Assembly: GCF_963921235.1 (NCBI RefSeq)
Contig: NC_086118.1
Location: 26,290,001 to 26,354,000 of the forward strand
DNA length: 64,000 nucleotides
Direction of reading: 5' to 3'
DNA from: Mobula hypostoma
Taxonomy: Eukaryota
The position numbers were made by a program, and so were the translations under genes. Positions 53,125 to 64,000 of this stretch are shown here, one piece after another. Position 1 is the stretch's first letter; every line of letters starts with the position of its first letter. The notes under the pieces are model-generated. The model saw only the letters and a list, made by a program, of their open reading frames with translations, was not told where the DNA came from and searched no databases.

Positions 53125-54122
53125 GATATTTTAAGAATCACTAGAATCTGGAATGATTCCTGGAAACTGAAAATTGCACACTTTCAGAAGGGAGGGAGGC
53201 AGAAAAAAGGAAATTACAGGCCAGTTCACCTGACTTCAGTGGTTGGGAAGATGTTGGGAGTCCATTATTAAGGATGAGGTTTTGGGGTACTTGGAGATAC
53301 ATGATAAAGTAGGCCAAAGTCAGCATAGTTCCCTTAAAAGGTAAACTTGCCTGACAAATCTGTCGTAATCGTTTGAGGAAAAAACAGGCAGAATAGACAA
53401 AGGAGAGTCAGTGGATGCTGTTTACCTGGATTTTCAGAAGGCCTTTGACAAGGTGCTGCACATGAAGCTGCTTAACAAGATCAGAGTCCATGGTATTACA
53501 GGAAAGATACCAGCATAGATAGACCATTTGCTGATTGGCAAGAGGCAAAGAGTTGGAATAAAGGAGGCCTATTCTGGTTGCCTGCTGGTGACTAGTGGAG
53601 TTCTGCAGGGATTGGTATTGGGACCGCTTCTTCTCACAGTACATGTCAACAATTTGGATGAAGTAATTGATAGCTTTGTGGTCAAGTCTGATGACAGTAT
53701 GAAGGTAGGTAGAGGAATAGGTAGTATTGAGGAAACAGGTAGGCTGCAGAAAGATTTAGACAGATTAGGAGAATGGAAAATGAAGCTGCAGATGGAATAC
53801 GGTGTCAGGAAGTGTATAGATATGCACTTTGGTAGAAGGAGTAAATGGGGAGACAATTCAAAAAAATCAGAGGTGCAAAAGAACTTGGGAATCCCTAAAG
53901 ACTAACTTTCAGGTTGAGTGGGTGGAAAGGAAGGCAAATGCAATATTTGCAATTATTTCAAGAGGACTAGAATATAAGAGCAAGGAGATAGTGCTGAAGT
54001 CTTATAATGCATTGATGAGACTGCACATGGAGTATTGTAAGCAGTTTTGGGCCCCTGATCTAACAAAGGATCTGCTGGCATTGGAATGGGTGAAGAGGGG
54101 GTTCCCGAGTATGATTCTGGGC
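53125..54122 (+). mobile_element. Decayed CR1 RT fragment
   Basis: NYRPVHLTSVVGKML, VYLDFQKAFDKV, SGVLQGLVLGPLL, SDDSMK, LMRLHMEYC. Confidence 0.9.
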
Positions 54123-54195
54123 TCCCACAACATCCAGTGACTTGCAACAGAAACAAAACATTTTGGCTTCCATTCAAGATGACACCAAGTTGTGG

Positions 54196-54676
54196 CAATA
54201 CATGTCAAAGTTGCTGGTGAACGCAGCAGGCCAGGCAGCATCTCTAGGAGGAGGTACAGTCGACGTTTCAGGCCGAGACCCTTCGTCAGGACTAACTGAA
54301 GGAAGAGCTAGTAAGAGATTTGAAAGTGGGAGGGGGAGGGGGAGATCCAAAATGATAGGAGAAGACAGGAGGGGGAGGGATGGAGCCAAGAGCTGGACAG
54401 GTGATTGGCAAAGGGGATATGAGAGGATCGTGGGACAGGAGGCCTAGGGAGAAAGAAAAGGGGGAGTGGGGGGAAAACCCAGAGAATGGGTAAGGGGTAT
54501 AGTGAGAGGGACAGAGGGAGAAAAAGGAGAGAGAGAGAAAAAAAATGTGTGTATATAAACAAATAAATAACGGATGGGGTACAAGGGGGGAGGTGGGGCA
54601 TTAGCGGAAGTTTGAGAAGTCAATGTTCATGCCATCAGGTTGGAGGCTACCCAGATGGAATATAAAGTGTTGTTCC
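54196..54676 (-). mobile_element. Penelope 3' end/terminal repeat with an 11 bp TSD; same subfamily as 20618-21970
   Basis: CCAAGTTGTGG (54185-54195) and CCAAGCTGTGG (54677-54687); very close match to the reverse complement of 21500-21970. Confidence 0.9.
54257..54294 (-). ncRNA. Minimal type-I hammerhead ribozyme motif
   Basis: UAGUC-CUGACGA-AGG-GUCUCGG-CCU-GAAA-CG-UC-GACUG: all core positions intact, with a 5 bp stem I. Confidence 0.82.
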
Positions 54677-55309
54677 CCAAGCTGTGGTCTCTGCTGAGGC
54701 TGTACTTCAGCCTTAGTTCTTTTTTAATTTGTGGGGATGGTTTTGGGGACAGAGCAGTGTTTTAGGTGTCAGGTTAGGGTTTAGGAACAGGGACGTGAGG
54801 GTATCAGAGGTCAGGCTGGAGCCTGGGCCTCTGCGCTGTTCAAAGACCAGCAATATAGATGTGGGGCACCTGTGGTTGGATCAACAGACCAGTGAGAGCA
54901 AAGGAGGGTGGCCCTCCAAGTCAGAGAATCATCAGCAGGTCCTGGGATTGGAGTTCTGCGTGGGCGGGAGGCACAAGCAACGGTGAGCTTCTATATACAC
55001 GAATCCGAAACACCAGAGCTTGAGGCCTAGTATTCAGGGTCCTTGCATCGGAGAGTTCAGCAATCAAGGCCTAGTGTTGAGGGTCCTAATTATCAGAGGG
55101 TCTGGAGTCGAGGCCTGGAGTTTGTGGTATTCATTCATTGTCATTGGCAAATCCTGGGGACAATATTGAAGGTTGATTGGAAGTCCCAAGTCTGAAAATT
55201 TCTGCGAGTCCACTGAGGAAGCTTAAGTCCAATATCTGCAAATCTGTGAATCCACTGGAAGCTGAAGGCCAAAGACGGCCTATCCTGGAATTGAAGGACT
55301 GTGTATGTG

Positions 55310-55752
55310 CTTGGAGGGTCCAGAGGAGGTTTATGAGAATGATTCTGATAATAAAGGGTTAAAGAATGAGCAGCATTTAATGGGCCTGGGCCTGTACTCG
55401 CTGGAGGATTTAATTGAAACCTATCGAATTTTGAAAGGCCTATTCAGAGTGGATGTGGAGAGGATATTTCATATAGTGGAGGGGTCTAGGACCAGTATCT
55501 AAAGCCTCAAGGTAGAGGAATGTCCATTTAGAATTTACACAGAGGGTGGTGATATGTGGAATTTATTGCCACAAAAGACGGTGGAAACCTAGTTATTGGG
55601 TATATTTAAAGCAGATTAGCCAAGGCGTCAAAGGTTACTGGGGAGAAGGGAGGAGGGCAGGGTTGAGAGGGATAATAGGTCAACCATAACGGGATGGCAG
55701 AGCAGACTCAATGGGCCAAATGGCCTAATTCTGCTCCTATGTCTTCAGGTCT
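55310..55752 (+). mobile_element. CR1 3' fragment
   Basis: RVQRRFMRMI, LGLYSLE...LIETYRILKG; tail GGGCCAAATGGCCTAATTCTGCTCCTATGTCTT. Confidence 0.85.
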
Positions 55753-56849
55753 CCTATTTATTAGTAAGGTAATGCAACTGCTATGTGGAAATCAGCTTTG
55801 GAACAGTGAGTGTATGGTGGAAAAGCTGCTTTCTGAACTGTGAAAGACAACAAATAAGCTGCAGTGAAAGCATGAATATCTCTCAGAATAATAAGATGGG
55901 TTCAACACAAGTCAGCTTAACAATATGAATGTAATTAATGGCCCTTATTATACAAGAACACTTCAACAATGGGAAACTAAATTCAAGTGCAATTAGCCTT
56001 AAAAGTAACCTGGAAGCTGTCTCAATAGTTCACAGAAACGACTGATGAAGAATTTTGAGTGCAGAAAGGCAACATTTAGCTCAGGTCATGTGACTTGCTG
56101 CGACTGGTTTTATACAGAGAGCTGGGGATGGAATTGACATTTTTTTTAAACAAGGTAAAGGCATAAACAGATTTTATATGAAATGCTTTAGTTTGGTATA
56201 ACATATTTGGCATTAATCCCTCAAGGCAATACAGTGAGAGAAAGCACAATAATATTTATCCACGGTTATTACCACTACTTGGCTACCTGCTTATGGTTTT
56301 TGTAACTGACTATGCGTGCATGCTCAGATTTAAGTAACAAAATTCGTTCTACCATTGTATATCACTCTCTTTCGGGAATGATACTTGTCATTGGTGAACT
56401 TCAAAGGCATAACGAATTTTATTAAAAATTCTATTGCTGATAACCCACATCAGAATGAATGCATGTATTAAGGTAAGAACAGATTTCTAGGTATCAAGCA
56501 TTGCCACATCACACAGCTCTTTAATGCAAAGTGAATCCTCATTATTATGGGGAAAAGAAGTTGGTGTGCTAGTACTAACATTTTAGTTGACCTTAAACGT
56601 GAACCCTCAAATTCAGTGGCCCTTGATGCACGGGCCAAGGTTCTCACTTCCACAAAACCAGATGTCTGTTGAATCCATCCACTGTCCCAGCATGCCTCAC
56701 CCACTGGAGCTGTAGAGACTTCAATCAGCTGCCGGTCTGATGATGAAGGAGGGAACACTTTAGAAAAAGCTTCTTCTCCTCCACCATCAGATTTCAGAAT
56801 GGTCCATGACCAATGAGCACTACGTCACCGTTCCTATTTTACACTACTT

Positions 56850-57360
56850 ATTTAATTCAAAACTGTTTAATGTCATTTCCTGTAAACAAGAGTAAAAGAG
56901 AACAAAATAATTGTTACTCCAGATCTGATGCAGCACAAAAAAACACAATAAGGAACACAATAATAATAAACAAAACACAATAAATATAATACATAAAATG
57001 ACTTCTATACCTAGATTGATTGGATGTCTGTAAAGTGATGCTAGGCATAGGAGTACCTGTACATAAGGTGACTAACAGGAAGGTAGGTAGTGATGGTGGG
57101 GATGTGGAGGGGTGAGTTGGTGGGTAGGAGATGTTGATCAGCCTTACTGCATGGGGAAAGTAACTGGTTTAGAGTCTGGTGGTCCTGGCTTGGATGCTAC
57201 ATAGCCTCCTCCCTGATGTGAGTGGGACAAACAGTCCCAATGAGCAGGGCAAGTGGGACCTCATAATTTTTAGGTCTTGCACTGTACTGCTGCCACAAAA
57301 CAACAAGCTTCACAGAGTACGTGAGTGATAATAAACCTGATTTAGATTCTGAATCCAATA
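56850..57360. mobile_element. Abutting Rex1-type 3' tails in opposite orientations
   Basis: Minus-strand LFVPLTSGRRLCSIQARTTRL (57170-57235) with its tail toward 56850; plus-strand tail GTGAGTGATAATAAACCTGATTTAGATTCTGA at 57321-57352. Confidence 0.55.
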
Positions 57361-57690
57361 TATGCGAGCCTGTAATGCTATGACTGAGCTGCACACTTTC
57401 CAGGTGATGGTAAATTTCAGAACAAGGACATCAAACATGAGCAGGAGCCCTAATTTCTGTATTTTCATCCCAATTACATTTTCCAATGGGCGGGGGGGGG
57501 GGCGTTACACCCAAAAAAAACATGGGGGATATAAATTCCAGCTTTATATGCCCAAGGTTACCTACAAGTAAAATACCACCTGAGGATTAAAATGATTGAC
57601 AGCTTTAACCTTAAAAGAATATTTTATGCATGCGCACACACCACACTCCAGGTATTCAGTCTGGATTTGAAGTGTGGCTCATCATATCAA

Positions 57691-58176
57691 TCCTCCAAGA
57701 GGATCACGATCTCGTCATGTTTCAGAAGCTTGCTTGTTTCAATGACCCAGAGAGCTATGGTGGCTGGAGCTTTGGCTTGTGGTAAGGTCATCCATGCCAA
57801 ACAGGTCAAAGAGTGAAGGCCTGACTAAGAGTGGAACACCAGCCCTTCAGGTTTGGGGGAGGGTGGGGTTCAGCTCAGGGATAACAACCATGATTAATCA
57901 AACTAAACTGCTATGGAAACAGGGAAACAGCAATGAGGAATCCTCTACATCTATGTGGCATTCATGAGTCTTGCATGGCTGCACTGAACCCCCTGAAGGG
58001 CAGAGGAAATGCAGGAGATCAAAGACAACTTGGCACCATATCATAGAGGCAGATATGAGGACCCTGAACCACACCTGGGGCATGATAGAGAAGATGGCCA
58101 AGGGCAGACAGAGATGGAGGACCTTCATTGCTTCCCTAAACGCCAGCAGGTGTAATGGGCAATAAGTAAATAAGTA
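57691..58176 (+). mobile_element. Short bipartite RTE derivative (5' UTR-like part fused to the ORF C-terminus and tail)
   Basis: PEGQRKCRRSKTTWHHIIE...TWGMIEKMAKGRQRWRTFIASL followed by (TAAG)n; possible TSD ATATCAA (57684-57690 and 58177-58183). Confidence 0.62.
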
Positions 58177-58619
58177 ATATCAACTAGCAATGCTCGAATG
58201 ATATGGTGCACAATTTCACTATGCATATCAAGTTTGCTATCAGCACAGATCTTCAATATTGTAGCAGATGTTCTCCAGATGGTCACCTCCACAGCACCAC
58301 CATCTACAATTCTCTCTTAAAAACCCAGAACCCAAAAATTCTCTAGTCACCTCCATATGATACAGCTAAATATTGAACTGCAACCTTCAGCGTCTGATCT
58401 CTTCAGTTTCCACTCTCACCCAATCAACTTCCTGTAAAAACTGTCCCCAATCATAATCCCTATCACCCCTCCCCAGAATCCACCCAATCACCTTCCCAGC
58501 ACCCAGCCCAATCTAGAGAGTACAGCTCACTACCTTCCAATCACCTCAAGAATACCTCAGTCCTTCCCATTAAACACTCAATATTCTCTGTCCCCACCCC
58601 CCCAAATTTTTCCAAACTC

Positions 58620-60070
58620 CCCAGTCACCTCACTGGTAACCAGCCCCACCAACCACCATCCCACTCCTCAATCACCTCACTGGTAACCAGCTCACCAATC
58701 ACCATCTACCTCACTGGTAACCAGCCCACCAATCACCATCCCACTCCTCAATCACCTCACTGGTAACCAGCTCACCAATCACCATCTACCTCACTGGTAA
58801 CCAGCCCACCAAGCACCATCCCACTCCTCAATCACCTCACTGGTAACCAGCTCACCAATAACCATCTACCTCACTGGTAACCAGCCCACCAATCACCATC
58901 CCACTCCTCAATCACCTCACTGGTAACCAGCTTACCAATCACCATCTACCTCACTGGTAACCAGCCCACCAATCACCATCCCACTCCTCAATCACCTCAC
59001 TGGTAACCAGCTCACCAATAACCATCTACCTCACTGGTAACCAGCCCACCAATCACCATCCTCACTCCCCAATCACCTCACTGGTAACCAGCCCACCAAG
59101 CACCTAATTGGTAACCAGCCCACCAATCACCATCCCACTCCTCAATCACCTCACCGGTAACCAGCTCACCAATCACCATCCTCACTCCCCAATCACCTCA
59201 CTGGTAACCAGCCCACCAATCACCTCACCGGTAACCAGCTCACCAATCACCATCCTCACTCCCCTTTCACTTCACTGGTAACCAACCCCACCAATCATCA
59301 TCCTCACTCCCCAATCACCTCACCGGTAACCAGCTCACCAATCACCATCCTCGATCACCATCCACCTCACTGGTAATCAGCCCTGCCAATCACCATCCTC
59401 ACTCACCATCCACCTCACTGGTAATCAGCCCCACCAATCACCATCCTCAGTCACCATCCACCTCACTGGTAATCAGGCCCGCCAATCACCATCCTCACTC
59501 CCCAATCACCTCATGGATAACAAGCCCCACCAATCAGCTCACTGGTAACCAGCCCCACCAATCAGCTCACTGGTACCAGCTCCATCAATCACCATCCTCA
59601 CTCCCTAGTTAGCCCACTGGTAACCAGCCCCACCAATCACCACCCTCACTCACCATCCACCTCACTGGTAATCAGCCCTGCCAATCACCATCCTCAGTCA
59701 CCTTCTACCTCATTGGTAACCAGCCCACCAATCACCTCACTGGTAACCAGCCCCACCAATCACCATCCTCAGTAACCATCCACCTCACTGGTAATTAGGC
59801 CCGCAAATCACCATCCTTACTCCCCAATCACCTCACTGGTAACCAGCCATACCAATCAGCTCACTGGTACCAGCCCCACCAATCACCATCCTCACTCCCT
59901 AGTCAGCCCACTGGTAACCAGCCCCACCAATCACCTCATTGGTAACTAGCCCCACCAATCACCATTCACCTTACTGGTAACCAGCCCCCACCACCCCACC
60001 ATCACCATCCTCACTCCCCAGTCACCTCATGGGTAACCAGTCCCACCAATCACCATCTCACTCACCATCC
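58620..60070. repeat. Minisatellite with core CCTCACTGGTAACCAGCCCACCAATCACCATC and an 80 bp higher-order unit
   Basis: TGGTAACCAGCT at 58681, 58761, 58841, 58921 and 59001 (34+46 bp subunits); more irregular units downstream. Confidence 0.95.
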
Positions 60071-60776
60071 ACCTGGCCACAAACCATCACCCAATTATTT
60101 CTACAGCTACTTTGCTTATCTTCTCTCCTCTGCATCATCTCCTCTCCTCTCTGCTTAACCCACAACCTCAACCCTTCCTCACCCCCATCTTTCCCTAGTA
60201 CAGATCAAACACCATCCATAATCTGATACCATTCATTATCTTCAGGGAAGTCACAGAAGAAAAGCTTTTATGATCGTCTGTGACTCGAAGCCTTGTTTTA
60301 CCACATTATGCCTTTCATGGTGTTGAAGAGTAAGTGTTGAAATTTCAACCTCCTGCCTCAGCAATAATAACAATACACTATTGTCAAGCAGTGAGCTTCT
60401 TTTCATGTACTGGTCAATTAACTTGGCAGTCACCACAAGGGCTTTTAGCTTGAGAGATGCCGAGCCAATGTCCTTTCATCAGCTCAACTGTCTGTTTCAC
60501 ATTGAAACGTGAATGACAGTGCCTGCAAGGAATTAACAGCTGGATTAAAGATTGACAGATCTGCTGTCAGATTAAGGGACCCCGACCTCATGTTTTAATG
60601 AACTAAATGCAAGGATATGCCAGTATGACAGGCTTACCATCATTGCTGCATTGGCAGGTGATCCCAAAAGACAGGAGAGAGTAATGCCTACACAATCATT
60701 ATCTTGTTTTAATGGAAAAACTTATTTATGTATTAAGTGCCTTTAGGCAAATTATTATTATTATAAAATTATTATC

Positions 60777-61486
60777 ATTCTGGTCAAGATGGTGCTGAGC
60801 TGTGGACTCTGTCAATGTTGCAGCTCAGGGTTACCTGTTTTTTAGTAGTTTTTGAGAAATAGAGGACAGGCCGGAGTCCAAGTTTATGCTTCACATTTCA
60901 AGGTTAGCGATACGATCACAGTCAGATGTTGGGCTGGCAGACGAGTGAGGATGAGGGCTGACTTCCCCTACCGCCAAAGTTAGTGAGTCGTTGTCAGCTT
61001 TCAGGATTGGAACTTGTGTGGGCAAGAGATACGAGCAACAGTGGTATACGAAGGTAAGCGAAACGGTGAGACTAGAATTTGAGGCCTAGTGTCCGGATCC
61101 CCATCATCGGCCAGTCCGGAGTTCGGGTCCCCTGCAGAACTGCAGTCCCTGCAAGTCCACTGAAGATCTAATGTCTGGGAATCCAAGAGTCCACAAGAGG
61201 CAAGAGGCCGAACACGATACTGGGGTTAGAGGTCTATGTATGAGCTTTGGAGGGAGGGAGGGAGGTCCAATGCTTGTGTTGCTGCTGTTGCCTGGTATAT
61301 TCTGTTTTGTTGTGCTCTGTGTTGTTCTACTGAGCATTAAGTGCATGGTATGTCAGCACCAGAATATGTAGTAACACTTGTGGACTTTTCTCCAGCACAT
61401 CCTTGGGTGTGTTGGTTGTTTAGGCAATTCACTGTATGCTTCAATGTACATATGAAAGAAAAATCTAAATCTGAATCGGAATCTGT
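60777..61486 (+). mobile_element. Non-coding CAAGATGG-headed element with a (GAATCT)n tail
   Basis: TTCTGGTCAAGATGGTGCTGAGCTGTGGACTCTG...TTCACTGTATGCTTCAATGTACATATGAAAGAAAAATCTAAATCTGAATC; shares head, middle segments and tail with 61563-62410. Confidence 0.65.
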
Positions 61487-61562
61487 ATCAGGGCTAGAAC
61501 ATGCTGGGGCTCCCATTAACTCCAGTGCGAACTAAACACTGGGCATCAATCGATTGCTTCAG

Positions 61563-62412
61563 CTTCCATTCAAGATGGCGCCGAGCTGTGGTCTCTGTTG
61601 AGGTCTTGGTTCAATCTTAGTCATTTTTTTTAATTTTTAGGGATGCCTTTGGGGACAGAGCAGGGGATTAGGTGTCAAGTTAAGGTTTAGACTGTGATGT
61701 GGGGGTATTGGATGTCAGGCAACAGTCTAGGCCTCTGCTCCTCTAGAAGACCAGCAACATCTTTGGCTGGATGTTGCGCTGGCAGACCAGTGAAGATGAA
61801 GGCTGGCGGCTCTCCAGGTCAGAGAATCATCAGTGGGTTCCACGATTGGAGCTCCATGTGGGCATGAGGTACCCACTAGGGTACACAAATCGGCGAGATC
61901 AGAATTTGAGGTCTAGTGTTCGGGGTCCTTTCTTTGAAGAATCTGGTAATTAAGGTCTAGTGTTTGGGGTCTTGGTGATCAGAGTGTCCGGAGTCCAGGC
62001 CTGGAGCTAATCGAGAGTTTTCATTCATCATCACTGGAGAGCACTGGGGTCAGTACCAAAGGCTGATCAGAAGTCCCGAGTCTGCAAACCTCTGCGAGTC
62101 CACTGGGGAAGCCGAAGCCCAATATCTGTAAATTTCCAATTCCACTGGAGGCTGGAGCCCATGGCCTGTCCTGGATTTGGAGAACTGTTTATGTTCGTGT
62201 ATGATTGGGAAGAAGGAACGGGGCTTGTTTTGCTGTTGTTGTTTTCATGTTTGTTGTGTTCTGTGTTGTTCTGCCAAGCATTTCAGGCATGCCATATTTG
62301 TAAGCTGCACTCAACAAATCCTCAGGTTGTGTTGGTAGTCAACACATACGACACATTTCACTGTATGTTTCAATGTACATGTGATAAAGAAAATGAATTT
62401 GAATCTGATTCT
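61563..62412 (+). mobile_element. Apparently complete ~850 bp non-autonomous element (CAAGATGGCG head, GAATCT tail)
   Basis: CTTCCATTCAAGATGGCGCCG...CATTTCACTGTATGTTTCAATGTACATGTGATAAAGAAAATGAATTTGAATCTGATTC; paralogous to 54168-55305. Confidence 0.72.
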
Positions 62413-62489
62413 AATTGTTGCTCAGCCCACAGATTCTAGCAAGAGAAGGGGTGTGACAATAGCCTTCTCACTACTGTTTAAAATTTTGA

Positions 62490-62895
62490 TTTCAAATATA
62501 TATGCACCACAGCAATTATCATGAAAACACACAATAAACATATGACGTAAGACAGTTCATATACATAGTTTGATGGTATGTCCATAAAGTTAAACTAGGC
62601 TGCACATAAGGTGACTGACAGGACCACTTGGGGAAAATAACTGTTTTTGAGTCTGGTGGGAGTAGGACAAACAGCCCATGAACTGGGTGGGATCCTTCAT
62701 AAGGATACTGGCCCTTTTCCAGCACCTTTCTGTATATATGTCCTTAATGGTGGGTAGACTGGTGCTAGTGATGCATTGGGCAGTTATGACTACCCGTTAC
62801 AGCGCATTCCTGTCTGTCGTAGTCAAGTTTCTGTACCATGCAGTGATGCAGCTTGTTAGGGTGCTGTCTACTGCGCATCTGTAGAACGATGTGAT
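62490..62895 (-). mobile_element. Rex1/Babar 3' fragment
   Basis: Minus strand FYRCAVDSTLTSCITAWYRNLTTTDRNAL...ASILMKDPTQF/HPVHGLFVLLP. Confidence 0.78.
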
Positions 62896-64000
62896 CTTCT
62901 TGTTCCATCAGCAGTAGCGATGTGAGGAATTACAACATCCCCTACTAGGTAAAAGAACAACAGCCAATGCAATGGCAGAAGGCTCCCAGTAGCAAAATTA
63001 ATGGCACTTTTTATGCCTCCATGTCTATCTCAGAAATGCAAGAGCATAGGTCTTAATGCTGAAATCTAAATGCTCACATTCACACACTAAATCCTCTGAT
63101 TGAAGATCTTTCAAATATTACACCATTGAAAACTACACTTTTTTTATAATCCTTGTGGCCTAAATACCCATCGTATTGACTTTGAAAGGATTTGGCATTC
63201 AATATCAGATTGACAGGGAGTCAATAACCCAAATAGATGTCAACATCAAAGCCCTCCAATTGATAGCATGGCCAAAGTCAACGTGAGCAGTTCACTTACA
63301 AACTCCATCACTCTGCAAATGACTAAGATCACCTTCTATTCTAGTGCAAATCAATGCAGCATGTCCTGACCACCTTTGAGGAAAGATACGTGCCAGTTTT
63401 ATTCACTCATAAACAATCACCTTGTCAAATTGGTCTTATGGGCCACACTATAACTGTTCATTCTACTTATGCAGCAGCATTAATGTGGCCAGAAAAGTCT
63501 CTGCACCACTGTACACGAGGATTATTTAATAAAATATAGCAATCCCCAAGTCACAAAGAGACAGGTGTAAGAAGCAAAGGAAAGGAGGTGCAAACAGAAG
63601 AGGTTTCACAAGGGAATTCCTTAGCTAAAGGTTTGGTCTGTAAGGGTGGAAGTGTGTAAGTGTCTAGACGTGGAAGGTGCAGATATTTCAAAGGGCTTGA
63701 CGCAGAGAAGTATTCACTGGGAGTAGGAGGGGCAAGATCATGGAGGAGTTAAAAGCAAGTGATGGGGAGAATATTAGCCAGCGGGGTAGACATTAAACAT
63801 CAATGGCATGCTGCAAAAGCAGATGGGAAAGCACATGTTTAGTGCAATAATTTTCATGCCTCACTTCACATCTAATCAAAGATTGAAGTGTTTAAGAGCA
63901 ATCAAAGCACAGCATCGAAACCAATCCCTGCAAGCGAAATAGCAAAGCCAGAGATGGAGTGAAGCAAGTAACAGAGCTCGTGATTCAGACAGTGCATCAG

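Larger units (their letters stand above)
54168..55305 (+). mobile_element. Non-coding CAAGATG-headed element (paralogue of 61563-62410), interrupted by Penelope at 54196-54676
   Basis: CTTCCATTCAAGATGACACCAAG|CTGTGGTCTCTGCTGAGG aligns with 61563 CTTCCATTCAAGATGGCGCCGAGCTGTGGTCTCTGTTGAGG; colinear over about 600 bp. Confidence 0.75.

Noticed and set aside
53125..55752. One CR1 split by nested insertions
   Set aside because: The two pieces overlap by about 40 bp of homologous but divergent sequence (ERVQRRF region), so two separate CR1 insertions are more likely.
58620..60070. CRISPR-like array (palindromic repeat at regular spacing)
   Set aside because: The intervening sequences are themselves repeated rather than unique spacers, there are no cas genes, and the context is vertebrate. 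It is a minisatellite, with stops in the frames I checked.
63560..63800. Possible old L2-like fragment on the minus strand
   Set aside because: The resemblance is too degraded to support by eye.

Overview
Eukaryotic, repeat-dominated, non-genic DNA (large intron or intergenic region). The repeat set (HE1-like V-SINEs, CR1, Rex1/Babar, Penelope-like elements, Tc1) points to a cartilaginous fish; this is an inference. I found no intact host gene, rRNA, tRNA or CRISPR array. The recognisable ORFs are broken transposon proteins: CR1 and Rex1/Babar endonuclease/RT, one RTE RT, Penelope RT plus GIY-YIG, four IR/DR-type Tc1 copies from three families, and an internally deleted Tigger/pogo. The main signals beyond routine repeats are five: (1) minimal type-I hammerhead ribozyme motifs in Penelope terminal repeats; (2) a size series (84 bp to 1.2 kb) of fold-back Penelope insertions, each with its own 11-18 bp target-site duplication (TSD) and the same long-arm/short-arm asymmetry; (3) non-coding elements that start with CAAGATGGCG, like the Rex1 5' end, and end in Rex1-like tails; (4) a ~300 bp hairpin inside the Tigger; (5) a 1.45 kb minisatellite built on the palindrome CTGGTAACCAG with an 80 bp higher-order unit. 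All family assignments come from motif recognition by eye; no database searches were run.
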